This document shows, piece by piece, positions 19,247-31,652 of a stretch of DNA of 63,355 nt. The DNA lies in NCBI GenBank assembly GCA_016865865.1, contig VGOC01000006.1, positions 1 through 63,355 on the forward strand, given 5' to 3'. Position 1 is the first letter of the stretch, and each line of letters begins with the position of its first letter. Made by a program: the position numbers and the translations under genes. The notes beneath the pieces are model-generated. The model made no database searches and was not told the DNA's origin. It saw only the letters and a list, made by a program, of their open reading frames with translations. Origin of the DNA: Chloroflexota bacterium. Lineage in GTDB: Bacteria; Chloroflexota; Anaerolineae; Anaerolineales; UBA11858.

Positions 19247-19869
19247 TAAGTCCCAAACCAGCTCGACAAAATGGCCCTCAACTTTAAAAATGCGGGTTCA
19301 GTATGCCCTTGCAGGCTAACGCGTTCGGCAATTTGTTGGTAAATGGACGAGGAACGCGGTTTCCTGACCTGTCGTAGAGCGGCCTCCATTGCTTCTTTTG
19401 GTCTTTGCGGTTTTGCGTTTTCGTCTTGAGCAAAACCCTTCTGTACCAGCCAATTTCTCAGCGCACTCTCCCCATCCGCCCATCCCAAAGCATTCGCCAG
19501 ATGTGGCGAGCGTGTCCAAACCCAAACCTCGAGTTCGGGGTCAATAACAATTACTTTTCCCCGACCTCTCCAACCAACTTGTTGCAATCTGGATTCTCCC
19601 GATTCTTCCAATAATTCGCGACTTTCAAAACTGCCGCTGCCTTCGCGATCATAAACGATCAATCCATATTGATACTGCCTGGAAAAATGGCCAAGAAAAT
19701 TCGCCCCCTCAAGCCGACAACCTGGATCCCTGTAGGGATAAACGAAAATATCAAAGGAAAACTGGCGCACACTGAAGGCTTGCGGTCGGGACAACAACCC
19801 CTTAAAAGCCGCTTCCATGTTTTTGTCCGCAACCAGGACAATTAGATCTGTGGAAGGCGCGTCTGTCAT
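19246..19869 (-). CDS. MAD4-like protein (TOPRIM-like partner of the ABC/AAA ATPase)
   Basis: DLIVLVADKNME..LLSRP, DPGC, DREG, IDPELEVWVW, RPKEA; resembles MADS MAD4 (from recall). Confidence 0.65.
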   Translation of the reverse strand: MTDAPSTDLIVLVADKNMEAAFKGLLSRPQAFSVRQFSFDIFVYPYRDPGCRLEGANFLGHFSRQYQYGLIVYDREGSGSFESRELLEESGESRLQQVGWRGRGKVIVIDPELEVWVWTRSPHLANALGWADGESALRNWLVQKGFAQDENAKPQRPKEAMEAALRQVRKPRSSSIYQQIAERVSLQGHTEPAFLKLRAILSSWFGT

Positions 19870-21128
19870 CCTAGGACCCCCGAAGCGAACAATGTCCCCA
19901 AATTGGTTTCACCTTTCCAATCCCTGAGGGCGGGATGGCGATCACCAACAACGATATCGGTTGCCCCCTCATTATCACGCCCAAAGCAAAGCACCTGGGA
20001 AGTCTGAGCGACACTTAGAATGACAGGGGAGTGAGTGGCAAGCAAAATCTGAGCGTCATAAACCGATGAAAGCGACTGGAACATGGTCTCGACAGCGCGG
20101 GGATGGATACCATTTTCTGGTTCCTCGATCAAGTAGACACCGCCAATTATGTTTGGCAGATATGCCACGATGGTCAATGCTAACAAGCGGAGCGTGCCAT
20201 CTGAAGCCACCCAGGAAGGAATTTCCAATCCTCCAGTATAAGTAATTATCAAATAACGATGGCGATCATCCTCTCGCTCAACCGTGCGAATGGATTGAAG
20301 ATTGGGAAGAGCAGTTTTCAAGTGAGCAAGCCATTCATGAAATCTTCCGATATCCTGCTTTCGCAATTCCTCGATGACCCAGGGGAGGTTCGATCCGTCT
20401 GGCTTGAAGCCCTGCACTTGGCCAGGAGGACTTGCCTTGCGAATGAGCAAACTGTTAAGCGCCAATGTTTGTACCCCCTGCCCAAGCAGAATCTTCAACC
20501 AAGTAGCGGCAGGGAATTTTGTTTCATCAGCTGGCAAATTTCCAAGGGCAGATTTATGAGGTCCTAGTTTAAAGGCTGGCGCCCAGCCCTTTCCCGATTC
20601 CTGGTAGATTTCCGAATAAAAATTGTCATTCCCTTCCGGCACTTTATTAACCACAGTTCTTGTATTTCGTTTGCCTTTGGGCGTCAAAATAGTCTGCGCT
20701 GGAGGCAATGCCAGAGGCATGGGAAATAAGGTTTTGGGTTCTTTTTCCATTACATCCAAAGTCTTTAGCAAGACTTTCTCAGCCAGGATAGATACTTCTC
20801 CAGTTGCTGAACTGCTGCCAATAGCCACCTCATATCGAATAGTGTCGAAACCGTTCAACTTGGCGCGAATTCCGTCCGGGATGCGCGCTTCCACAGCCAA
20901 TTCAAAACTATTGCCAGTTCGTCCCCACACCAAATCCGAGAAATTCTGAGTTCTTTCCCGGATGGCGTAATCCAATCCGTCCGAAACCAAGCGCCCCAGA
21001 AATGCAATCGTATCAAGAAAGGTGGTTTTTCCGCTGGCATTCGGGCCGACCAGGACGTGAAAACGGTCAAGCGGTTGACGAATATAGAGTAAGCAACGAA
21101 AGTTGAGAGCCTCAATTAAGGTAATCAT
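19866..21128 (-). CDS. AAA_21/ABC-type ATPase, MAD3-like
   Basis: LVGPNASGKTT Walker A, SDGTLRLL signature, IEEPENGIHP Walker B, ATHSP. Confidence 0.85.
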   Translation of the reverse strand: MITLIEALNFRCLLYIRQPLDRFHVLVGPNASGKTTFLDTIAFLGRLVSDGLDYAIRERTQNFSDLVWGRTGNSFELAVEARIPDGIRAKLNGFDTIRYEVAIGSSSATGEVSILAEKVLLKTLDVMEKEPKTLFPMPLALPPAQTILTPKGKRNTRTVVNKVPEGNDNFYSEIYQESGKGWAPAFKLGPHKSALGNLPADETKFPAATWLKILLGQGVQTLALNSLLIRKASPPGQVQGFKPDGSNLPWVIEELRKQDIGRFHEWLAHLKTALPNLQSIRTVEREDDRHRYLIITYTGGLEIPSWVASDGTLRLLALTIVAYLPNIIGGVYLIEEPENGIHPRAVETMFQSLSSVYDAQILLATHSPVILSVAQTSQVLCFGRDNEGATDIVVGDRHPALRDWKGETNLGTLFASGVLG

Positions 21129-21144
21129 ATTTTCTCCTTCGCGA

Positions 21145-24009
21145 TTATAACCCGCCTACTGCAATTTGTTCGTGGGCAAGTGCCACCAACTCTTTGACCG
21201 ACTCCAGCAACGTCTCTCCCGTCTTTGCGGACAAGGGAACCGCTTCTTCCCCCGCTTCGGGCGGGGCGGTGAGGTCGCGGACCTGGGAGAGTTTTTGCGC
21301 CAATTCCGCGGGGAGATGATTCTTGTCCACGAGTTCGGCTTGGACGAGGCGCGGGGACGGCAGGTCGGAGGAGGGGTCGCGGTCGGTGTGGAGGGCGAGG
21401 AGGGAGGTGAGCGCCCAGGCGAGGGATTCGCGCAGGGGACGCGTCATCTCTTCGGGGAAGTCGCCTTTGAGCAGCAGGTCGGCGAGGGCGAAACGCTTCG
21501 CGGCAAAGGCGAGACCCTCAGACGCGCGTTTGCGGCGCGCGGACGGGAGGTCGGCTTTGCGCGCTGGGGCGGAGATTTTCTCGGCGCAGTAGGCAACGTC
21601 CTCGATCGCGGGTTCGGCGGCGAGGGCGGGGACGAAGGAGGCGAGCGACTGGAAACCTTCGGAGTCCATCAGGTGAAGTTGCGGGAGGCTTTCCGTGAAG
21701 TATTCAGAGAGAAGCGCTTCGACGGTCGGACGCAGGTCGGCGGGAGCGCCAGAGACGACGACGATGACTCCCTCGCCCGTCGCGCCTGGCATGTAGGGCG
21801 CTTTGCGGACGAGCAGGATTCGGTTCGGGACGCGATCAAGCAACAGGTCGGCGAACCCGCTCAAAGTCGGGAGCGGGGCGAGGATTTCGGCGGGGGGCGC
21901 GGCCTCTTCGGGTACGGGAGCAGGCTCGGCTGGGGCAAGCGCGAGTTCCACCTCCGCAGGAGTCTTCAAAAGATCGCCTAATTTTTGCAGCAGGCTTTGA
22001 CCCATGTCCGCGAATTTGATGGCGGTCGGAGATTCGTCTGTGCCGAAGACGGCTGCGAAGACATTTTTCTTGGCGGCGAGGGTGTCGAGCATTCTCTCTT
22101 CGATGGTGCCTTTGGCAACGAGGTTGATGACCTGCACGGAGGAGGGCTGACCGTGACGATGCGCGCGGGCGATGCGCTGTTCGAGCACGGCGGGATTCCA
22201 GGGGAGGTCGAGGTTGATGACGAGCGAGGCGGCTTGCAGGTTGAGACCGACGCCACCCGCGTCGGTGGAGAGGAAGACGCGGCAGTCGGGATCATCAAAG
22301 AATTTTTCGATGAGCGCGCCGCGCTTGGCGGAGGGGACTGCGCCCGTCAGTTTGACGTAGCCGAGGCCGACACGCTCGATGATTGGCTCGGTGAGCGCCA
22401 GCATGTTCGACCACTGACTGAAGACGATGGCTTTATGACCGTTGGAGGCGATCTCTTCGACAAGCACTTCTTCGAACTCGCCGAGTTTGGGCGCGGTCTT
22501 TTCGGCTTCTTTGGGTTCGATATCTTTGTCGTGGAGGGCGAGGGCGTCACAGATCAGACGCATCTTGATGAGGTACATCAGAAGCAATTCCTGCTCTTTG
22601 GGCGTGAGCGGGCGCTTCTTGGCCTGGGCAAGTAGTTTGGCGAGTTTTTCCTGGAATTCGCTGTAATGCTTCCATTGCTCGTCGCTCATCTCGACGAAGA
22701 AGTTGTTGTCCACGCGGGCGGGCAGGTCTTTGAGGACTTCGTCGCGGGTGCGGCGCAGGACGTGCGGCTTGATGAGGGCGCGCAGTTCGTCAATGTTTTT
22801 GTAGCCGAGAACTTTGTATGTGCCGCTCTCGCGTTTTTCGAGTTCGTAAAATCTATCGTTGAAATGCCAGAGGGGTCCGAGGATGCGCTGGTCGAGAAAT
22901 TGGAAGATGCTGTACAACTCGTCAATGCGATTTTCGAGCGGCGTGCCTGTCAGGACGAAGGCGTAACGGCTCGGCAGGGACTTGACCATCATCGCAGTCT
23001 TGGCGCGCCAGTTCTTGATGCGTTGGGCTTCGTCGAGGATGATGAGGTCGGGGCGCAGTTTGAGCAATTCGTCCATGTCGTGACGGGCGAGTTCGTAGTT
23101 GATGATTTTGAAGAAGGAGGAGTCGGTGTAGAGTTTGCGGCGGTCGAGCAATCCGCCTTCGACGACGGTGACGGAGAGGGATGTGAAGCGGCGAATCTCG
23201 CGCGCCCATTGGTGCTTCAAAGAGGCGGGGCAGATGATGAGGGCGGTTTGGATGTCGCGGAGTTCTTTTAGCAATGCAGAAGCGGCAATCGCCTGGACCG
23301 TTTTTCCTAGGCCCATATCGTCCGCCAGCATGGCGCGACGGCCGAAGGCGAGGTGCATAGCGCCCTGTTCCTGGTACGGATACAGTTTCGTGGAAAGAAC
23401 GTCGAAGGTGCGGCGTCCGCTTTTGACTTGTTCGAGGAACCATTCTTTTTGTCTCGCCACTTCTTCGCGGTTTTGCAGGAGGGCGAGGTGCTCGTGGACG
23501 GCTTCGGTCACGCGGACGAGGGAGCGGTCGCGGGCGGGGAGGGATTCGATGTCCGCTAGAAGGGAGGGCAAGGTTTGGAGCGGCGCGCCCGCTAAAAGTC
23601 CAGAGGGATCGAAATAGCGGGCAAGCAGGTCTTTGACGCGGGCATCCTCGGGAATCGGGAGGGCGACGCGCACGGTCACGTCCATGCCGTGATGCAGGTA
23701 GATTTGAGTCCCGCGCGGGCGTTCGGCAGCGAGTTTCGCGAGTTTTTCCCCATGTTCCTTTTCGAGCGAGATCAACACGCCTTCGATGTGCTTGCAGGTG
23801 CCGATCAGATTGTTCTTGTAATCGGGGCAAGTGCAGGAGTTGTGCAGTTCGTCGAGGGAACGGATTTCCACCCGATAAGATTTCTTGGAAACCGAACTGA
23901 CTTCGAAGACGCTGAAGACGGGATGGTTGCCTTTGTTGGCAATCTTGAGAATTTCAGCGCGGGCGCGCTCGCGGCGGCGTTCGATCTGTTCCTGGATGTC
24001 GGTGGGCAT
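21145..24009 (-). CDS. SWIM Zn-finger SNF2-family helicase with HEPN-like C-terminal helical domain
   Basis: CTCPD..CKH SWIM; LADDMGLGKT, DEAQRIKN, LTGTPLEN, GGVGLNLQ, QRIARAHR; the HEPN-like tail is tentative. Confidence 0.85.
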   Translation of the reverse strand: MPTDIQEQIERRRERARAEILKIANKGNHPVFSVFEVSSVSKKSYRVEIRSLDELHNSCTCPDYKNNLIGTCKHIEGVLISLEKEHGEKLAKLAAERPRGTQIYLHHGMDVTVRVALPIPEDARVKDLLARYFDPSGLLAGAPLQTLPSLLADIESLPARDRSLVRVTEAVHEHLALLQNREEVARQKEWFLEQVKSGRRTFDVLSTKLYPYQEQGAMHLAFGRRAMLADDMGLGKTVQAIAASALLKELRDIQTALIICPASLKHQWAREIRRFTSLSVTVVEGGLLDRRKLYTDSSFFKIINYELARHDMDELLKLRPDLIILDEAQRIKNWRAKTAMMVKSLPSRYAFVLTGTPLENRIDELYSIFQFLDQRILGPLWHFNDRFYELEKRESGTYKVLGYKNIDELRALIKPHVLRRTRDEVLKDLPARVDNNFFVEMSDEQWKHYSEFQEKLAKLLAQAKKRPLTPKEQELLLMYLIKMRLICDALALHDKDIEPKEAEKTAPKLGEFEEVLVEEIASNGHKAIVFSQWSNMLALTEPIIERVGLGYVKLTGAVPSAKRGALIEKFFDDPDCRVFLSTDAGGVGLNLQAASLVINLDLPWNPAVLEQRIARAHRHGQPSSVQVINLVAKGTIEERMLDTLAAKKNVFAAVFGTDESPTAIKFADMGQSLLQKLGDLLKTPAEVELALAPAEPAPVPEEAAPPAEILAPLPTLSGFADLLLDRVPNRILLVRKAPYMPGATGEGVIVVVSGAPADLRPTVEALLSEYFTESLPQLHLMDSEGFQSLASFVPALAAEPAIEDVAYCAEKISAPARKADLPSARRKRASEGLAFAAKRFALADLLLKGDFPEEMTRPLRESLAWALTSLLALHTDRDPSSDLPSPRLVQAELVDKNHLPAELAQKLSQVRDLTAPPEAGEEAVPLSAKTGETLLESVKELVALAHEQIAVGGL

Positions 24010-24047
24010 AGTGAGCCTCCACAATTCATGACTGAGAAGATATCCCG

Positions 24048-24105
24048 ATTATAACGCGAGATCGCATATTCAGTTGTGATACTCGAGTTGTGATCGTGCT
24101 ATAAT
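24048..24105. promoter_or_regulatory. Divergent promoter region with AGTTGTGAT direct repeat
   Basis: TATAAT on - strand (24048-24053); TGcTATAAT on + strand (24097-24105); agttgtgat at 24072 and 24086. Confidence 0.45.
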
Positions 24106-24135
24106 GCTCGTGTTGCATTTTCGAAGGGACGCTCC

Positions 24136-24696
24136 ATGTTTATTACCCCGATACACACGATTGGATATGGTTCACGAGGGATAGATGCTTTCCTGGCTGC
24201 CCTGCAAGCCCATCAGATTCATTACCTGATAGATGTGCGCACCAGCCCATATTCCAGTTATAAGCCTGAATTTTCTAGAGCAAACCTGCAAAATACCGTT
24301 GAAGCGAACGGTATACGATATATCTTCATGGGCGACACCCTGGGGGGACAGCCGGATGACCCCGCTTGTTATACCAACGGCAAGGTAGATTACGAAAAAG
24401 TGGCCGATCAACCCTTTTACCAGCAGGGCATCGCCCGATTGCACGAAGCCAGCCGCCGGGGACAGCGTGTGGCACTGATGTGTAGCGAGGGTAAGCCGGA
24501 GAATTGTCACCGCAGCAAGTTGATCGGGAAGACGCTGGCCGCGGAGAGATTGGAAGTTCTGCATATTGATGAGGAGGATGAAGTCATCACCCAGGCGCAG
24601 GTGCTGCTACGCCTGACCGGCGGCCAGCCCAGCCTATTCGGGGATGATTTCTTCGCCTTTACATCGCGAAAGCGATACCGGGACGAATATAGGTAA
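24136..24696 (+). CDS. DUF488 family protein
   Basis: IHTIGYG, LIDVRTSPYS, LMCSEGKPENCHR. Confidence 0.9.
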   Translation: MFITPIHTIGYGSRGIDAFLAALQAHQIHYLIDVRTSPYSSYKPEFSRANLQNTVEANGIRYIFMGDTLGGQPDDPACYTNGKVDYEKVADQPFYQQGIARLHEASRRGQRVALMCSEGKPENCHRSKLIGKTLAAERLEVLHIDEEDEVITQAQVLLRLTGGQPSLFGDDFFAFTSRKRYRDEYR

Positions 24697-24737
24697 ACAA
24701 GGGATATCCTGCTTACCTTATAACACCATATTCCAAG

Positions 24738-24891
24738 CGGGCACAAATTGCGCTTTCGACCCAAACGGCGCCGGATGAATCCAGCTTTAGCCTCTTGCGG
24801 GGCAGGTTCAGCCGGATTCATCCGACGCAGCTTCGTAGCCCGGCGATTTATCGCCGGGCTGGTTGGCAGGCTAAAGCGCCTTCTATGCCCG
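24738..24891. repeat. Composite REP/REPIN-like element
   Basis: cgggca..tgcccg ends; gccggatgaatcc / ggattcatccg; GTAG-led palindrome gtagcccggcgatttatcgccgggct. Confidence 0.65.
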
Positions 24892-24913
24892 TGAGCAGTA
24901 TGACAAAGCTGCC

Positions 24914-25398
24914 ATGCTAAAAATTGTGACCATCGGCGTCTACGGATTTTCCGAAACCCAATTCTTCGAAACGCTGCAAGAGGCTGGCGTGGATGTCTTT
25001 TGCGATGTGCGCTGGCGGCGCGGGGTGCGCGGGTCGGAGTATGCCTTCGCCAATCATCAGCGCCTGCAAGCACGCCTGGAGAGCATGGGGATCGAATATA
25101 TCCATCGCAAAGACCTGGCCCCCATGCCGGAAATCCGCCAGCGACAAAGCGAAGCCGACCGCCGCGAACGGATCGCCAAGCGAAAACGCGAGTCGTTGAG
25201 CGCAGAGTTTGTCTCGGCGTATCAGGCGGAAATTCTATCCGCTTTCGACCCCCATGAATTCATCACTGCGCTGCCCGAGGGAAAGGAGGTGGTTGCCTTG
25301 TTTTGCGTAGAGAGAGAGCCTGCGGCCTGCCATCGCTCGCTGCTCGCGGAGAGTTTGCGTTGTATCGAGGGCATTGAAATAGAACATCTGAGGATAAA

Positions 25399-25402
<4 letters not shown>
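24914..25402 (+). CDS. DUF488 family protein (second paralog)
   Basis: IVTIGVYG, CDVR, LFCVEREPAACHRS. Confidence 0.88.
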
Positions 25403-28332
<2,930 letters not shown>

Positions 28333-28341
28333 TAAGATGTC

Positions 28342-28461
28342 TGAGTTCCCTGAAAAAACTCATGAATGAGGGGGCGGGGAGGCATATATGGGGGTGCGTG
28401 CTGCGCACGCACCCCCATATATGCCTCCCCGAATCCTCTACCCGTAGTTTTTTCAGTCGAG
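28342..28461. mobile_element. MITE-like palindromic element, type A copy 2 (inverted relative to copy 1)
   Basis: TIR ctgaaaaaact / agttttttcag; perfect 27-bp arms 28375-28431, TGC loop. Confidence 0.8.
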
Positions 28462-28486
28462 TAACTTCTTACTGCCCAGGTACGAA

Positions 28487-29548
28487 ATGTCCCCAGATAC
28501 GAGACTCTTCTCATCTTCGGTCTGGATAGTTCTCCTGGTAGTAACCACCTTACTACCAACGCGGAGCGTCCTTGCTCACCCCTCTCGACAGGAGCAACCT
28601 CCTCCCACCCCCGCCGAACTCATCGCGGCGGTCAATAATCTACGCCTGTCGTATAGCCTGGAACCTCTGAACGTCCACCCCATCCTGATGCAGGTCGCCC
28701 AAAGCCAGGCAGACGCCCTGGCGGCTACCGGCGGCGCCATCGGACATACACGCCCATCAGGCATTTCGCTGACCCAGCAACTGCTTTTATTGGGATACCC
28801 ACTGTCAGGCGACTTGACCCTGGGAGGCTACCGGTCGGAAAATTTCGTTGTCGTCCCTGGGTCGAGCATCGAGGAGATCATCGCGATCTGGATGATGGAC
28901 GAATTGCACGCCACTACCATGTTATCCGAATACCGCACCGACATCGGCGCGGGGATCGCCTTCGACGACGAGGGACAGACATACTACGTCATTGATACCG
29001 CGCTCCAAACACCGAGCGGCAAGCAGCAGGCCATCGCCGGGCTTATCCTGACCGGCATCCCCATGACGCAAACCAGCCTTTTGGGGGACGCCACCCAGGC
29101 TGCGCAGAGCCTGCAAATCTCCCAATATATCGTTCCTGTCACCCGCAGCACCGCCCGGCCCAATGGAGATGTGATCCACGAAGTGCGCTACGGTCAGGCC
29201 CTATGGAGCATCGCCATTGCCTATGGAGTCAAGATAGATCAGATCCGCCGCTACAATAACCTGGCCGACACGACCATCTATACCGGTCAAACCCTGTTAG
29301 TGCAAAAGGGCGCCACGCAGCCCCCGGCTACGCCAACCGCCACAGGCTCACTCCCCCCCACGCCGTCGCCAAAACCCGCCTCGCCGACGCTCACCACCAC
29401 CCCCGAACCGGCTGTCCCATCGCCCATCCCCGAGAGTTCCAACGCAGCCCTGTGGTTGAAGATGCTGGCGCAGGTCATTCTCCTGGCGCTGTTCTTCCAT
29501 GGGCTGATCACCATACTGCGAAAATTGCAGAAGAAGAAAGACGAATAG
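28487..29548 (+). CDS. Secreted CAP/SCP + LysM protein with C-terminal membrane anchor
   Basis: Signal peptide; AVNNLR..AQSQAD..SENF..H CAP; HEVRYGQALWSIAIAYGV LysM; Pro/Thr linker; TM followed by KKK. Confidence 0.85.
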   Translation: MSPDTRLFSSSVWIVLLVVTTLLPTRSVLAHPSRQEQPPPTPAELIAAVNNLRLSYSLEPLNVHPILMQVAQSQADALAATGGAIGHTRPSGISLTQQLLLLGYPLSGDLTLGGYRSENFVVVPGSSIEEIIAIWMMDELHATTMLSEYRTDIGAGIAFDDEGQTYYVIDTALQTPSGKQQAIAGLILTGIPMTQTSLLGDATQAAQSLQISQYIVPVTRSTARPNGDVIHEVRYGQALWSIAIAYGVKIDQIRRYNNLADTTIYTGQTLLVQKGATQPPATPTATGSLPPTPSPKPASPTLTTTPEPAVPSPIPESSNAALWLKMLAQVILLALFFHGLITILRKLQKKKDE

Positions 29549-29558
29549 AGAAAACATC

Positions 29559-31652
29559 ATGCCAATCGATCCCTCCCTGAACCCCTTTTTCAATCCCCAG
29601 GGCGTCGTCGTCATCGGCGCATCGAACGATCCCACCAAGCTGGGCTACGGCCTGGCGATCAACCTGGTGCGCAGCAACTACCAGGGGGCGGTGCATTTCG
29701 TCAACATCAAAGGCGGCAAGCTGTTTGGACGCCCGATCTACACCAACGTGCTCGAAGTCCCCAACCCGGTTGACCTGGCCGCGGTGCTGATCCCTGCGCC
29801 CCTTGTGGCCGACGCCTTGCGCCAATGCGGGCAGCGCGGCATCCAGGCTGTCATCATCGGTTCTGGCGGATTCCGTGAGGTGGGCGCCGAAGGCGCAAAA
29901 CTCGAAGCAGAGGTCCTGGAAGTCGCCCGCCAATACCGCATCCGGCTGATCGGCCCGAACTGCATCGGACTGCTCGACACTCACTTACCGATAGATACAA
30001 CCTTCCTGCCGCCGCCCGGCCCTACCCCGGGCGATGTGGCCTTCATCTCCCATTCTGGCGCCATCTGCGCGGCGGTCATTGATTGGGCGCGCGGCCAGGG
30101 GTATGGCCTCTCGCGCTTGTTGAGTTTGGGCAATCAGGCCGATGTCAGCGAGACGGATATGCTGGTTCCCGTGGCTGCCGATCCCTACACGCGGGTGCTG
30201 GCGTTGTATCTGGAAGGCGTCAAAGATGGACGACGGTTCATCGAGCAAGCGCGTCAGGTGGTGCGCGAGAAGCCGATCATCGCCCTCAAGGTCGGTCGTT
30301 TCGGGAGCGGCCAAAGGGCGGTGGCCTCTCACACCGGCGCGCTGGCTGGCCAGGAGAGCGCCTACAACGCCGCTTTCCGCCGCGCAGGGGTATTGCGTGC
30401 TGAAACCAGTGAGGAGATGTTCGACCAGGCGCGCGCCCTGGCCTGGTGTCCGCCGACGAGGGGGCGACGGGTAGCCGTGTTGACCAATGCGGGCGGACCG
30501 GGAGTCACGGCGGCGGACGCCCTCGAATCTTTGGGGCTGGAACTGGCTGAATTCAGCGGACATACGCGCGCCGCCCTGGGGGTGATTCTGCCTCCCGCAG
30601 CCAGCCTGCACAATCCGGTGGATATGCTGGCATCCGCCACCCCCGATCAATTCGCCGAGAGCCTGCGCATTGCGCTGGCCGACCCCGGCGTAGATAACGT
30701 GATGATCATCTTCCCCACGCCGCCGATGTACACCGCCGGCTCGGTTGCCAAAGCCGTCATTCCTGTGATCCACAGCGCCGAGAAGCCGGTGGTGGTTGCT
30801 GTGATGGGGGAGCGTTTGATCCAGGAGGCCGTGGAACACTTCCGCGCCGCTCATGTGCCCGAATATCGCTTCCCCGAGCGTGCAGCCGCAGCCCTGGCCG
30901 CGCTGGTCGAGCGCGCCGAATTGCTCGAATACGCCCTGGCTGAGCCAGTGAGACCGGTCGAGACTTCCGAAGTCTTTACGCAGCGCTTCGAGCGCAGCGA
31001 GGAAGCAGAGACTTCGGAAGTCTTGATGCTGCTCGACGCCTACGGCATCCCCATGGCCAGGATGGAATTAGCCCGATCTGCGGACGAAGCCCTTGCCATT
31101 GCACGTCGAATAGGGTTGCCGGTCGCCCTCAAAGTCGCCTCGCCAGAGATCTCTCACAAATCTGATGTCGGCGGGGTGTTGCTCAATTTAGGGGATGAAG
31201 CGGCCATCTGCAGCGGATACGAAGAGATCCTTCGACGGGCGCGATCAGCCCACCCCCAGGCCGAAATCCAGGGGGTCTTCGTCCAGCCCATGATCCCCTC
31301 GGGTCAAGAAGTCATCATCGGAGCGGTGCAGGACCCCCAGTTCGGCGCACAGGTGATGTTCGGCTCTGGAGGCACGGAGGTCGAGGGGCTGAAAGATATC
31401 GCCTTCGGATTGGCGCCCCTGACCCGGCTCGAAGCAGAATACATGTTGAAGAGCACCTGGGCTGGTCGCAAGCTCGAAGGTTTTCGCAACATTCCGCCCG
31501 CCGACCGGGAGGCCGTGTTAGATGTCCTCATCAGGCTGGCGCAACTGGCTGCCGACCACCCCGCTCTAGGGGAAATCGAAATCAATCCACTGCGGGTGTT
31601 GCCCAAAGGCCAGGGCGTTGTGGCCGTAGATGTGAGGACGGGTTGCCGATGA
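29559..31652 (+). CDS. Acetate/acyl-CoA ligase (ADP-forming), fused alpha-beta
   Basis: VIGASNDPTKLG, IGPNCIG, ASHTGALAG, TNAGGPG, HKSDVGGV, EINPL. Confidence 0.92.
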   Translation: MPIDPSLNPFFNPQGVVVIGASNDPTKLGYGLAINLVRSNYQGAVHFVNIKGGKLFGRPIYTNVLEVPNPVDLAAVLIPAPLVADALRQCGQRGIQAVIIGSGGFREVGAEGAKLEAEVLEVARQYRIRLIGPNCIGLLDTHLPIDTTFLPPPGPTPGDVAFISHSGAICAAVIDWARGQGYGLSRLLSLGNQADVSETDMLVPVAADPYTRVLALYLEGVKDGRRFIEQARQVVREKPIIALKVGRFGSGQRAVASHTGALAGQESAYNAAFRRAGVLRAETSEEMFDQARALAWCPPTRGRRVAVLTNAGGPGVTAADALESLGLELAEFSGHTRAALGVILPPAASLHNPVDMLASATPDQFAESLRIALADPGVDNVMIIFPTPPMYTAGSVAKAVIPVIHSAEKPVVVAVMGERLIQEAVEHFRAAHVPEYRFPERAAAALAALVERAELLEYALAEPVRPVETSEVFTQRFERSEEAETSEVLMLLDAYGIPMARMELARSADEALAIARRIGLPVALKVASPEISHKSDVGGVLLNLGDEAAICSGYEEILRRARSAHPQAEIQGVFVQPMIPSGQEVIIGAVQDPQFGAQVMFGSGGTEVEGLKDIAFGLAPLTRLEAEYMLKSTWAGRKLEGFRNIPPADREAVLDVLIRLAQLAADHPALGEIEINPLRVLPKGQGVVAVDVRTGCR

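Noticed and set aside
21166-23830. Long antisense or alternate-frame ORFs (also 10066, 14424, 26023, 36462, 50823)
   Set aside because: Shadows of high-GC coding genes with no recognisable motifs
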